Program-made: the position numbers and the translations under genes
NCBI GenBank assembly: GCA_013265495.1
Contig: MU061441.1
Location: 2,064,321 to 2,128,320 of the forward strand
Source of the DNA: Vicugna vicugna
Lineage: Eukaryota
Length of the DNA: 64,000 nt
Direction of reading: 5' to 3'
Shown here: positions 38,490 through 51,250 of the stretch, in pieces
How positions within the stretch are numbered: the first letter of the stretch is position 1
Layout: every line of letters starts with the position of its first letter
Notes under the pieces: generated by a model
Told to the model about the DNA's origin: nothing
What the model saw: only the letters and a program-made list of their open reading frames with translations
Database searches by the model: none

Positions 38490-39160
38490 TAGGTACAATT
38501 TGCTTCTTTTTCCCTCTAGCTTTTTAAAGTGAATTATTGACTTGAGATATTTCTTCTACTCCCATATAGGCATTTAACACTATCAATTCCTTCAAGCACT
38601 GCTTTACCTACTTTTCACAAATTGTAGTATGTTGTGTTTTCATTTTCATTGATTAAAAAAATTTCCTTATTTGTCTTCTGATTTCTTCTTTGACTTATGA
38701 ACTATTTAGAAGGATACTGTATAATTTCCAAATATTTGGGATTTTTCAAATACCCTTCTGTGACTAATTTCTAGTTTCTTTTTGTTTTGTATGCTTTCTA
38801 GCTTCTTAAACTTACTGAGTCTCTCAGTGAATAGTCTATATGAATGTGAAAAGAAAGATTTTGAGTGCAGTGTTCTATAAAGTCAATTAGACTGGGTGAC
38901 ATTTTTTAATCTTATTGTTCTGGTCTTCTTTTTCCTCACTGATTTCTTCTATCAGTTATGGAGACAGTGGTGTTGGAATCTCCAAGTAAAATTGTGGATT
39001 TGTCTCTTTCCTTGATTTCTGACAGTTTTATTTTACATATTTTGAAGGTCTGCTGTTGGTGGCATACATATTTAGAACTATGTGCTCTTGAGAAATTTTT
39101 CCTTTCGTTATTTTGAAATATCCTATTTTTTTCCTAGTAATATTCCTTGTTCTGAAATGA
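38490..39160 (-). mobile_element. Old L1M ORF2 (endonuclease region) fragment
   Basis: ttttcacaaattgtagtatgttgtgttttcattttc; ggtgttggaatctccaagtaaaattgtggatttgtctc; ctgttggtggcatacatatttagaac. Confidence 0.8.
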
Positions 39161-42100
39161 GGTTTGAAATCATGCTAATACAAAAACATGTAAGAAGGCA
39201 CTTAATGGTGTCTTATGAATAGATATTTATTTTCTCTAATATTTTAATAAAATCACTCAGAGGTGAATAGAACTTTCTAAGCCCACATCCATTTTTAGTG
39301 TTATAATTTCACTGTAAACAATATTTTTGGAAAAGATTCTAACAGTCTGAACAATCTTCTGATATCACAAATGCTGACTCGTCTGTACCACCAAATCAAC
39401 ACAATCTTGGCACTAAAATTTCAGTTTTATACAGTTTAATGTTAAACCACTGTGAAGAGCAGCTGAAGGAAATAACAGAATGTTCCCGGGCATTAATAGA
39501 TTTCTTAAAAGTACAAATGAGCTCTCAAAAAAAAGAAAAAAAAAAAGGAAAGAAAAAAGAAAAACTAAAACTCAAAAAGTCCAACTCATCAGGTAAAGTA
39601 AGATGGGAGGAAGCCTAATGGCATTTGGTGTTATGCAAATTTGGTTGAACCCTTTCTATCTATCGAATCTTCGAGAATGAAGGTTTAACATATCAAATCT
39701 TCAAAAATGTAGACAGCACACTAAGATGTCTCATATGAAGCTAAAGTGTCAAAGAAAACATAACTATATCCTAAGACACTACATGAACTTTTTTACCCTG
39801 TATCACTGGTCTTACCACATTTTCATGATTCACAAACTTAACCATGAACGTTCAACTTTTGAGGACTGGGTCAAGTACATCCCCCTAGGATTTTGGTTAT
39901 CTTCTTTTCTATAAAATTTAGACTCTTGGCATCAGTATCAGTTAGAGTTCTTTGTCACAAACAACAGAAACTAGTTCTAATTGGAGCAAAAGGCATTTGT
40001 TTGCAAGAAAGGATTAGGGGTGTGGGTGTGTGCCATCCTCTGGGCAGAGTCTCACAGAATCGATACAAACCTAGCATAGCAGGTTTGGAAGCAGAAAAAA
40101 GGCAAAGGGAGAAACAAAGGGCCACAGACATGCGTACAACCAGACACAGGTCGCACAACGACCATCTCTAAACATGAACAGCCTGGGCAGGAACCCCGCC
40201 CCCCCACTTCAGGGGGACTGAAATACCTTCAGCATCCCTTCTCCATCACCTCGCTCAGTCAAGTTGCCAGTTCCCAGGAGATATGGACCATATGGTGAGA
40301 TAAAAGCAACACGCAGGGGAAGAAATGTCTCTGGCTGGTGCATCTTTATTGAGAAGTGACACCTGAATTTACTCTCCCTAAAGAAATTGGGGTACTATTA
40401 GGGACTCTATCCAGACCAAACGGTATAACTGGCAACCGCAGTAACTGTAGATCAGGGATCCAAAGTTATTCTTAGGTCCTCAGATAGCCAGAATACTAAA
40501 GGAGCAAACAGCATCATTATTGCCATTTTGTTCCGTTATTTTAAGCAGCTCAGAAAATTAAAATGTTTCCAGAAATACACTTCTCAAGGGTAACGTGCTA
40601 TTACTTTGGTATGACAATTGGGGGGAGGAGTTACTTAGTGATAATTCTTCTGATCATGCTGTGTGGCTCTTTGAAACATTGTGGGAGGAAAAAGCTTACA
40701 ACTGCAAGTCCCCAAGCTACATTCTGCCACTTAAGGAGATCGGCCCATTTAAGTACCATGCAAATAATAAAAAGCAGCCTTCCTAAGAGAAAAGAGCTGA
40801 CTTCTCAAATTCACCTTTAAGGAGGGTATAGCAGGTAAAGTCAGTTAGCTCATGAAAAATGCTTTTATTGGAGATACCACACTGAGCAAGAAAAACAACG
40901 TAGCATATTTATTTCAAGTTTTCGTCCTTTAGGTTTCTAATAAGCAATGTGATTTCTTGTTCTCGTCTGTAGAATCTGGCATGAGGAACCTGTTTTCCGA
41001 GTGCCTTGCCTTGCTTTCTTGGATTATTTAAAGCTAGCTGAAGAAGAAGTTCATCCTTGGGCTAAATGCCTGCGGACAAAAGCCTTAAGGTTTGCGCAAT
41101 TGTAGCTAAGCAACACAAAAGAGATGGTAGCCGGAGGAAAGGGAAAACGCATCATTGTTCTTTAACTACCAGCCCATTTCCTTAACACTCAAAAGAATAG
41201 TAATAGAAGAGCAATCCCACTTTCCTATAAGCAGCCCTTTGTGAATGTAATTCACTAGTACAATATCTAAATACTCAGTGGGTTCTGACAGTTCCATCCA
41301 TCACAATGCACCCTCACCATGTCAGTGCCTCCGAGGAATAGATACAAAATGACAGTCATTCAACTAGTCAAACAGAAGGAGCTAGGGAAAAAAAATATAT
41401 TTATAAAACCTGAAGTCACTTAGCCCCTTGATACAGCTCTGCAATGTGTATCTTTTCCCCTTATCCTTTGTTGTGTGTGTACAAACCAGCATGATTAGAT
41501 ACTTTGCACACATTTCTACAACAAAACTCGTTTCTCTAAAATGGAAAAAAATCTAAAGTTTGAAAAAAGCTATAGCTATATTAAAATTGGTTTAGATTCT
41601 GTTATGATCTAGGCAGGGTTAGTTAGAAATTAAGGTTAAAAAAGAAGTGCCACCTCTTCACTTTGTCTTTTTCTTTATTGTCGTTGAGAAGCATAGCCTA
41701 AAATTTTAGGCAGGTAGAGAATCAAAGTAAGACTCAGTTATAGCATTTTCTCTAACTTTTTACTTTTATATAATAGTTCTACAAAAATGTTAACTACATT
41801 TATATGCACATTAAAGGAAAGTGGTTATTGATTCACTGTAAAACGGGTGATAATAATATGGATATATTCATCCATATATCTGTAATTTAAAAATTAAAAA
41901 TAAACTGAAAGTTACCATTCTCTCCCTTTCTTTTCCCAAGTTCATTTTTAAATAACTTGCACCATGTATATCAACATTTAGTGTGATAAGATGTTGACTT
42001 AGTAAAGAGTCTAATTTTTGATTCAGCTGTCTTATCGCAGACTATGACGTAAATGTATGGATTCCCAAATAAACACATTTTTATTTAACATATCATTGAG

Positions 42101-42304
42101 GAAGACAGTTTGAGTGTTGTAACAGAAACAAGACTGAGTAGAAAGTAAAAAGACTGCTCCGATCTCAAATTCTTCTCTGCAGTTCATGAAACTTGTTAAT
42201 ATCTAAGTTTCAAAATATAATTTCTCTGTCCTATTGAATATAATATGGATTTTTATTTTAATAATATTAAAATGGACACTACTGAAAATCTTTAAGGGTA
42301 TTAT

Positions 42305-42620
42305 TTCATTCATTCCACTAGTATTTACACAGGTCTAGCTCAGTCTTAAACACTGGAGATACACTGATGAACAAGACAAAGACCTTGACCTCTGGGAGCT
42401 GAAGCTCTAAGTTGGGGGGACAAAAGTCAAGCAGAAAACAAGCGATGTACTTTATGAGAGACAGGCTTGATGATGAAAAATAAAGCAAGAGAAGAGGAAA
42501 GAGAATGCCATTACGGGTGCAGGGTCAGGGAGAGGGCGTTTGAAGGAGAAAGACAGTAAGGTGATGTGGGATCAGAACGCGTCAGGCACAAGGGGAAAAG
42601 CACTGGAAGTTACTTCTATC
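42305..42620 (-). mobile_element. L2 fragment
   Basis: tcattcattccactagtattt...cactggagatacactgatgaacaagacaaagaccttgacctctgggagctgaagctctaag. Confidence 0.7.
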
Positions 42621-43399
42621 TGGGACAACACAGTAATTTAACAGGACTCACAAGTGTCTGTGAACTACCTAAACAAACGCCACTGAGACCCAACTCACTG
42701 TGTCCCCAGCTCAGCTTCCTCATAGACTAGCATCTTCTCTCGAGAGTCATCATCATCTGACACAGGGAGAAATGTGACAGAGAGGAAGAACTAATGCAGG
42801 CAGAGTTCTAAACCTATTTTGTGAGTCTAGAGGCCCTCCTGCAGTTTGAACAATCTCAGCCGCTTTAAGTGGAACCGGAGGCTCTTTTGCTTGGATAAAA
42901 CCCTTAAAATATGTCTTTAAGTTTCTTAGAAAACTTTTTACCTCGTTGAAAGGTGTTTCTAGACACTACCCTAAATCTTTTATAGATCTTAACAATTTTT
43001 TTATAGCCATACTCTTGATTTGATCTTTACCATTAAGAATTTTACTGCATGGAGAGGTGGAATGTGAAAAAGTTTTATTTTCTAACTTGTTCAGTCCTGA
43101 GCCTTTTAAATTTCCTCTAAATTCTGCCTTAGAACTATACAAGTCTTTCTTTAACTCAGCTCCCTCTTCCCACATGTATCATAAAAGAAATGCAAGTTCA
43201 TTCCGTACTTCCTCTCTTCCAAGTTGCTGCAGGTGTTTATTTTGTCCGTTGCTGTTCTCCTACATGTAATTCAAGTTTTTCCAAATTTGCAAACTTTTCT
43301 GAATTTGCAGCCAGCTTCTTCATTGTTTCTCCAGCTTCTGCCTAGTCCCAAAGCCAAAGCCACATACTTTAACCGCCCACATGTAGCTTCCAATTTCAT

Positions 43400-43855
43400 C
43401 ATCAGTATGTCTCACAGCATAAAAACGACCCCAAAAGTCAGTTGCTTAAAACAATCACCATTTATTTGACTTCTAATTTTTGTGGATCAGCAGGTTAGAC
43501 CGGGATCAGCCCAGGGAATTTTTTTTTTTTTTGTGTGTGTGTCTCGGTTGCACTCAATCCTCGGTCTCAATGGTATCCAGCAAGGGATCTCCCTTACTGG
43601 GGTTAATCCGCTGGGCACGTTCACCGGGGGCGTGACCGGGCCATGTGGTTGTTTTCATCATTCCTCGGGCAAGCTCAAGCTTGTCCACGCAGTGCAGAGA
43701 GCTCTCAGGAGCAGTAATGAGGAAGCTCTAAAACGCAAGCGCTTTTACGCTTCTGTTTATGTCACTTTTGCTGCTGTTTCATTGTCCCAAGAAAGTTACA
43801 GGCCAGTACGGATTCAAGAGGAGTGGAGAAAGCGCTTCTTACCATTTGTCATCTT
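43400..43855 (-). mobile_element. MLT1 (F/G-like) MaLR LTR, unusually CpG-rich
   Basis: cccaaaagtcagttgcttaaaacaatcaccatttattt; ggccagtacggattcaagaggagtggagaa. 17 CpGs counted in ~440 bp. Confidence 0.75.
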
Positions 43856-44954
43856 CCGTTCCCTGCAACTTGTAAGTTTCCTTTGCCCTTTCCATTTTCA
43901 CTTTACTCTTTTGTTAGCCACAGCGTCTTAAGAAATGTTACAGTTTTTGTTAGGTTTTTTTTTTTTTTTTTTTTGAGATCTTTCTTGTTTGAAAACGTCC
44001 TTATTGTACCCTTGCTTAATGCATGCTTTGCCCGGGTATATACTCTAAGTAGGAAATATTTGTCTTGCCAAAATTTGAAGGTTTCCCTCCACTGTCCACT
44101 GTTGAGTAAGGTCAAGAGATTCTAAATGTTGAGGTTTTGTATTTGACCTGACTCTCTTAAATTAAGAACCTGTGACTCAGTTTCATTCTCTTAAAAAAAA
44201 AAAAAAAGGCTAATAAATCTCCCTTTCTCAGTGTGCTATGTGAAATAACCCAGGAAGGTAACGTGTGGACAGTGCTTGGTGGAGGCCTGGCATCTAGGAC
44301 TTCGCCATCTGCTACCAGCATATTTAAAACCAAGGAACAAGGGTTTTTTATGAACCAGCTTCCTCCTCATTATCCCACAGAACCAACCTCCTCAAAACAT
44401 CCTCAGGAATATTTTGCAAATAGACTCACTGAAAAGGAAAAAAAGTTGGTTTTGGAGCTTTATTTTTGTCCTGTGATTTTTGGAAGGGAAGTTTCCCTGA
44501 CTTTACCAGAAGTCTTTATCACTTTTTTGCAAAATAATCTTGGTTCAGCCAATGCTCGGCAGTGCCTTAGACTAAGCTGCTGGATCAGAAGTGAGAGGAG
44601 AGTGTTTGGAACACAGGTCAGCCACGCAAATGTTGATTCTGTTAGGAGAAATTTCGGATGATAATTCTTATCATTGAAGGCCCAGACTTCCATTACAGAA
44701 GTGATCCCATTAAAAAAAAATACGAGTTGGCATTATTGAGCTGCCATGAAAATCTGAAAATTGTTATAAAATATGCATTCCAAACCTTCCACAAGGAAGA
44801 TGGTTGTCTGCCATGCTAATTAGTGCTGAATATTGGAGGATTAGGGAAGTTGATCCAACATGAGATTTAAAAATCCTCACTCTGTTTTACCTCTTAGTGT
44901 TCCTCCTTCAGCAATTCAGATGATAAAGAGGTGTTTAAAAATGACAGAGCATCT

Positions 44955-44969
44955 CATTGTCATGCAAAT
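44955..44969 (+). promoter_or_regulatory. Sox-Oct composite motif CATTGTCATGCAAAT
   Basis: Exact match to the canonical SOX2-POU5F1 composite C(A/T)TTGTN-ATGCAAAT. Motif only; binding not shown. Confidence 0.55.
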
Positions 44970-45337
44970 AGGAATATAAAGTGTGAATAAAAATTAAGTC
45001 ACAAGTTATAAACCAAAGAAAAATTAAAAAAAACATTAAAATTGTTCTGAAAACCCCACTTTTCCCAGAGGAAATTAATTTTTGCAAACGCGTTCCCTTT
45101 TCCTTTCAGAAAAGAATTTAATCTTTCAGGTGCAGTTAAGAAATCAGAAAACACACTCAAATGAATTTTGACTTTAAACCTATACGTCTTATTGTTTACC
45201 GTAGGTATCCTGTGAGTTTAAAGAGGAATATGAAGTCTCAACCAAGATCCTGCAAAAACACAAAGCAGAAAAAGACGTGGCAAAAAAATTATTTTTTCAT
45301 TTAAAGAGTATGTTATTTTAGCCAATCATCTCTGTCA

Positions 45338-45565
45338 TTTGGTACAAACTTCCAGTTATAAAATAAATTGTCAGGGGGATGCAATGCACAGCCTAGCCTA
45401 CAGCGTCAATAATATTGTAATAACTTTGTATTGTGACAGATGGTTACTAGACTTAAGATATGATCTGTTCGTAATGTATATAAATGTTGAATCACTATGT
45501 TGTATACCTGAAACTAATATGATTTTGTATGTCATCTACACTTCAATACAAGAAAAGAAAAAGAA
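45338..45565 (+). mobile_element. L1MA-type extreme 3' end
   Basis: ggtacaaacttccagttataaaataaa...aatcactatgttgtatacctgaaactaatat...acttcaatacaagaaaagaaaaa. Confidence 0.85.
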
Positions 45566-46244
45566 CCTCCCACCCCAAAATGTCACAATTGCTAGGAGCT
45601 TTTGATCAGTTTCAGGAGTGCTCCTCAAACACTCCTAATCACGAAAGAGGAAAATACCAGTTTTATGTCTGGTTTGTCTGCTATGAATTTTTGTTATCAA
45701 AATATTCTCCTCTAGAACAGTAAACTTTAAATGATACTTTTCCAAGAAAATATAGAGATTTATTTTATTTTAAAAAGGAACTTGATTTCTATTGATGTGT
45801 GTATGAAACAGGAAATTCTACACTGTTTTATGACACATGAAGAATATACTTCCCTTCGGATAAATCAAATTTTCTGAAAAAAATTAAAGTGAGAGAGTGT
45901 AGTTTCATGTTTCAGTTACTCTGATGCAGCAGAGATGTGCTAACAGTTGTGCAATTTACCAATGATGATGATTATTTTTATAACTGTATGAATTTAAGAT
46001 TAGTTGAATATACTTAGCTCTCTCATTCAGTCCTTGGTAGCAGAATTTAAGCCATGGCATCATTTCCTCTTATTTTGAGACTCAATGCACTGAAAAGTGT
46101 ATAAATTATTTCTCTAGCACTTGTTTGATTACACTCTTATAAGGGCAATCTAGTAAGTGGGAAAGGTTCTAGATTAAGGATTCAATCAATGTCATTAAAG
46201 TTACTGAATTACACCAACTGAAATGCTGTCACAGAGGTAGCTAC

Positions 46245-46340
46245 AATTTACATGTATGCATATTAACCTTAAATTTACATATACTCAATTTACATAGAAT
46301 ATTTACAAACATTTAATTTACATGTACTCAAATTACACAC
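46245..46340. repeat. Degenerate short tandem repeat built on AATTTACAT
   Basis: AATTTACAT at 46245, 46272, 46287 and 46315, plus two variants. Confidence 0.7.
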
Positions 46341-46919
46341 ACTTAAACTTGGTCTTAGAGCACTTTATATTTAGGCTGTTTTTTTTATTTTCTTAGAACC
46401 CACTAAGGACATGACTTGAAAATTTCTGAGGTTTATATTTTAAAAGCTGATTTTTACTACCGCATATTTCATTGTTTTAGAGCAGAGAGGTATTTACTCT
46501 TATTGTGGTTGGCTGGGAGGGAGAGCATCATAATGGGATGGATGAGTGTGTGGCTGCATGTGTGTGTTTGTGTTTGTGTCAGTGAGTGAGCATGTATATT
46601 CTTGTGTCCCTTTAGATGCAAACTTATTGGGTATTTGGAATTTTTGGAGTAGGTAAATCCTATATTTTTATTTCTTGAGGTTGTCTCAGGAAACCCTCAT
46701 AATGACCCACCGACATGAAATATCTGAGGGGTAGCTATGTCACAGACTGAGTAGCAGGCACTGGGGATAAGTTCGTTATTAATAAAATTGAAAAGTTGGC
46801 ATTTCCAAACAATTATTTTTTTAGCTAAAGAGGAAAATGATTAGTGATATCTTTTATTCTAACTTTTATGTTCCTTCTTTTTCCATTGTTATTACCCTTT
46901 TCAATCAGGAAAACTCTCC

Positions 46920-47100
46920 ATTCTTCATTCATTCACTCACTTACTTGCCAACCATTTACTGACCACCTGTCCTGCACTGTGCTCAGGTCATACGGACGGA
47001 GATGAAAGCAACAGGGTTCCTGGTCCCAAAGAACTCACAGCTGATTCCAGTTGTCCAAAGGCAGAGGGCAGATGGAAAACAGCAAAGCTAGAGATGATGC
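46920..47100 (-). mobile_element. L2 3' end
   Basis: ttcattcattcactc...catttactgaccacctgtcctgcactgtgctcagg...tggtcccaaagaactcacag. Confidence 0.6.
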
Positions 47101-47459
47101 AGGTGTCCACCAAGTTTTTATTAATGACAAGAAATTCAAGCATTGCTATTTTGCCCACTGCAAGAAATATGGAACTGCAGAGAAAAGTCAACACTACAGA
47201 TGTAAATTTAACTTTTTTTTTTATACTTGGAACCCCCATCCAAAAATGTGAAGTTTCTAAAACAGAAGGCCTAGAGTTGATTAGGGAGTTCATTTCTATG
47301 ACGTGATGAGAAATGAAATTGGTGGCAGAAACAAAGAAGAAATAATCAAAGAGACTATCACACGGAGAATAAGAAGAGTAGGAATGTATATCCTCTGGGA
47401 GGATTTTATTTCTAATTTCTCAAACATGGTAAAATAAATACAACAAAGATTCACTATGT

Positions 47460-47620
47460 AATAAACGTTATCCTTTAAATAACACCCACAGCAATTCTGT
47501 GAGGTTTCAACTAATTTTTGCAGAAGCAGAACTGAAGCTCAGGGAAGTCAGGTAACTTGCTCAGTCTCCCAGCTATCCGGTGGCAGAATGAGAATCTGAA
47601 ATTAGAAGAGGCGGGCTCTG
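47460..47620 (-). mobile_element. MIR SINE
   Basis: cagcaattctgtgagg...gaactgaagctcagggaagtcaggtaacttgctcagtctcccagct. Confidence 0.7.
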
Positions 47621-49974
47621 GAGCCAGGCTGTGACCTACACGTTGCAGCCTCCACACACACCTGCTGAGAATCCTCCAGGAGCTGCCCTGCTCCACTCCT
47701 GTAGCCGAGGGCCGTTCTGTCTCAGGTCCTTGGCCTCCCCCTGCAGAATAGACAGAAATGGAACATTTCCCCTCCGGTAGGAAATACATGACAGGAATGC
47801 ATTTTAATTAAATTTGAGTAGAATTTCTATTCCAATAAGGGTGTGAATTTATTCTCTTTCGTACTCCTTCAGGACCATTTAAATACTATCTCCTAATTAA
47901 GAACTTTGCTCTGAAGTTGTACTAGTGCATGCTTTGCTCTTCAAACTCTGTTTCAATCTAACAGAATATATTTTCAAACTTACAGAACTGAAAAGAATAA
48001 AGCACTGTAAACTTCATCTTCATGTACTCAGAAGAAAGCCTGGTGTCATTTTCAGCCCTGGGGCTCAGCATTTCAAATGCATTTTAGGGGGGCATTACTA
48101 TTTCCTAAGAGTTCATCAGTAAAAAGAACTTCATTAGAAAAAAATGCTAATAATATATTAAACTTACACACGCATGGGCAAACATAGATATATATAAAAT
48201 GGGAAGACTAGTAAACAAATGTACATTTTAAAATGTGTATGATGGCTTGTTTTTAAGATAAAGGGTATGCTGTCTGAGAAAAGTCCATCTTGAGGAAGCT
48301 CAGTCCCCTGGGCGTGAACTCTAAGCAGCCTTTCCAGTGTGTTCTGGTGCTTGTCTTTTCAGCTTGCTGTGCTTTCGCATCCATGATTACATAACCATGT
48401 TATGCATTTGACATATAGTTTTAAGATGTGACTGTGACTTTATTAGATGCCTTCTCTGCACTAACTACTTGATATGTCCCAGGAATGGAAAGACAAATAG
48501 GACACTGAATCTGCCTGCAGAAGCCTAGCAGCTGAGCTGGTCAGAGGCAGTGAGCCAACATTCACCAGAGCATCATCAGTGTTGACACACAGGCAGACAC
48601 AGGTAAAGTGATGCTTGAGTTGGATTTGGAAGGTTAAGAAATTAGGTATGGCAGAGGCTCAGGCTATCTCTAAACAGGCCAACATTTCCCCTCTGAAATT
48701 ACTCCCTTTTTTACATTATGGCTACTCTAAGTTTTCAAGGAAAAGAAAAAACAATAAAAGTACAGGATTTAACCAATTGGTCTCCAAAGTCAAGTATGAA
48801 TATAGAATTTTAGAATGCTTTTCAATTGGTAATAATTTTGAATATATTTATTATTTTTAGGGTCTAAAAAGCCCTAAGGGAATGGAAATATAAATTTTGT
48901 TAGCTATCACTGTGGATGTTTGGTATAATGAAATTGCCAGTTGCCATTCCAAAATCATGGTGAGTTCTTACCTAGTGAAGGAGTATGCCAGTAACGTAAA
49001 GTCTGAGTTTTGTCACGATAAGCCTCACATGGCAAAGTAAAAATGACAGCTGAGACAGTTTAGAGCTGAATCTGTCAGTCTTCAAAATAGTGTTTTAAAA
49101 GTAGACCCAAAATCCCCAGGCTTTTCATATGCATCTTGTCTGTCCACTTATCTGAATGTATAATTCATCTTGTATGGTGTAATGTCAGCTCTGATGATTT
49201 GTTTTAAACAAATAATTGTGTCTTTCTGCAATCACAAACAAAAACATCCGAGTAGAGTCAGGATAATTGTCAAACAATAGTTTTTATTCATAAACTCCTT
49301 CGGTGTTTAACTTCTACCATCAAATCTACCACTTTACATTTAACTCTTAAAAATAGAGATCAAAGATAAAAAAAAGTAATTTTTCAAATAGTCTTTATTC
49401 TTTTCTTTTTTGAGGAAAAAATTAGAGGGAAAGAAAGATTGAAGCAAATTATCAGAGTTGAATGGTAACCTGTATAAGACAGAAAAAGCTGTAAGTATCA
49501 ATGTTCAGCTATATTTTATTGCTAAACAAGAAGGACCTGTTGACTCTCATATGGAAAACAAAACTTCAACTTATATTTTAAATAATGACAATTAGCATAT
49601 GCAATTTCAGTGTAGGAATTATAATAAGAACCCTGGTTTACAAGGTTTAAACAGCCTGGTAAATATTGAAAATTTAATGAATTCATATGAACACTAAGAA
49701 TAAATTTAGAAATATACACTAAATTTAATTTATTCTAAAGCACAGAGAAATGATCAAACACAGGTTGTACCCCCCAATTGCATTTGAATTATAGAATCTT
49801 TGTCCCATAAATGCTCTTTGAGTAGCCATCATCCTTCAGGACATCTTATAGTTTACAGTTTTAACTGGCAAAGTAGTTTCTTTAAAATTCAAGGAAAACT
49901 TTAATACTAGCAAGAAACAGATCAAAATAGCTTACACTAATAAATAATGTGGTGAGAAGTCTACTCTGGTTTTC

Positions 49975-50210
49975 AACTGTTTTAGCTTCCCAAAGTAACA
50001 AAGTACCACAAACTGGGTGGCTTAACACAACAGAAAACAGTCTCAGAATTCTGGAGGTTGGAAAGTCCAAAATCGAAGTGTCTGCAGAACTATGCTTCCT
50101 CTGAAACCAGTGAGGAGAAACTTCCTTGGAACTTCCTAGCTTCTGGTGGAGGCCAGTAGTCCTCATGCTCCTTGGCTTGAAACTGCATGCAGCGCTCCAA
50201 TCTCGGCTTC

Positions 50211-50242
<32 letters not shown>

Positions 50243-50382
50243 CTTCGTAAAAGGACACCAGTCATATTAAATTAAGGTCCCACTTTACTCTACAGAATCC
50301 TGTTTCCTATAAGGCCCCATTCTGAGGTCCTAGGGGTTAGGATGTCAACACGCCTTTGGGAGAACACAATGCAACCCATAGT
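49975..50382 (-). mobile_element. MLT1 (B/C/D-like) MaLR LTR with internal (TG)14 at 50214-50241
   Basis: gtaacaaagtaccacaaactgggtggcttaacacaacagaaa; aaggacaccagtcatatt; ctgaggtcctaggggttaggatgtcaac. Confidence 0.9.
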
Positions 50383-50409
50383 GTCCGTTGACCACTTTCT
50401 TCCTTTTAA

Positions 50410-51250
50410 AATTTTTTTTCGCTGTTTGCATTGAAATAGTTTTACATCTAGAGACTCAAAGACTGTACAGAGGATTCTTACCTACTTTCACTCAGCTTCT
50501 ACTAATGTTAACAAGTTTCATAACGATGGTACATTTATCAAAACTAAAGTATTAATATTGGTAAGACTCTATTAACCAAGCTAGAGACTTTATTTTTATT
50601 TCACTCATTTTCCCACTAATACCTGTTTTAATTTCTCTGTTGTTCCAGGATCCAACCTTAGATACTAAGTTTTATTTAGTTAACTTAGTTGCCTCTCCAA
50701 TCTCTGACAGTTTTTTAGTCTTTAGTTGATTTTTATGAGCTTGGCATAGAGGCTTTTGAAGAACACTGGGTATTTTGTAGAATATCCTTCATTTGGGTTT
50801 TTCTGTTGTTTCCTCACAATTGGACTAGGATTATGGATTTGGGGGAAGAATATCACAGAAGTGAAGTGCCCTACTCATCACATCATATCATGTGATACAT
50901 GACACCAGCATGCTTTGTTCTTGGTGAGGCTAACCTAGGTCATTTGGTTAAGGGTCTGTCTGACAGGGTTTCTCCGCAGTAGAGTTACCATTTCCTCCTT
51001 TCCATGTTCCATTCTTTGGAAGCAGGTCACTAAATCCAGTCCATACTGAAAGGAAGGAAAATTAAGTTTCACCTGGAGGAGAGAGGAATGTGTTAAAAAA
51101 AAATTGTGGGCATAGGTTAAAACGCACACAGTAATTAGTAAATGTTTGCAAATAAATACTTTGAGGGTAACCTTTTTCTCCTCAAAGTGTTTCTCATTGA
51201 CTTTATCGTTCATCAGTGGGTCTTACCTGCAGCAACTATTACTGTGGTAT
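50410..51250 (-). mobile_element. L1MB/L1MC-type 3'UTR
   Basis: tcactcagcttctactaatgttaac; ggtattttgtagaatatccttcatttggg; gggggaagaatatcacagaagtgaagtgccct. Confidence 0.8.

Noticed and set aside
40563-40820. Short ORFs with protein-like look (EELLSDNSSDHAVWLFETLWEEK...)
   Set aside because: No convincing splice boundaries, no family resemblance, and length within chance expectation.
47036-47175. Minus-strand exon candidate (SIFLAVGK...GQLESA, donor GTGAGT)
   Set aside because: The donor and half the exon lie within an L2 remnant, the peptide is unrecognisable, and such cryptic sites are common.
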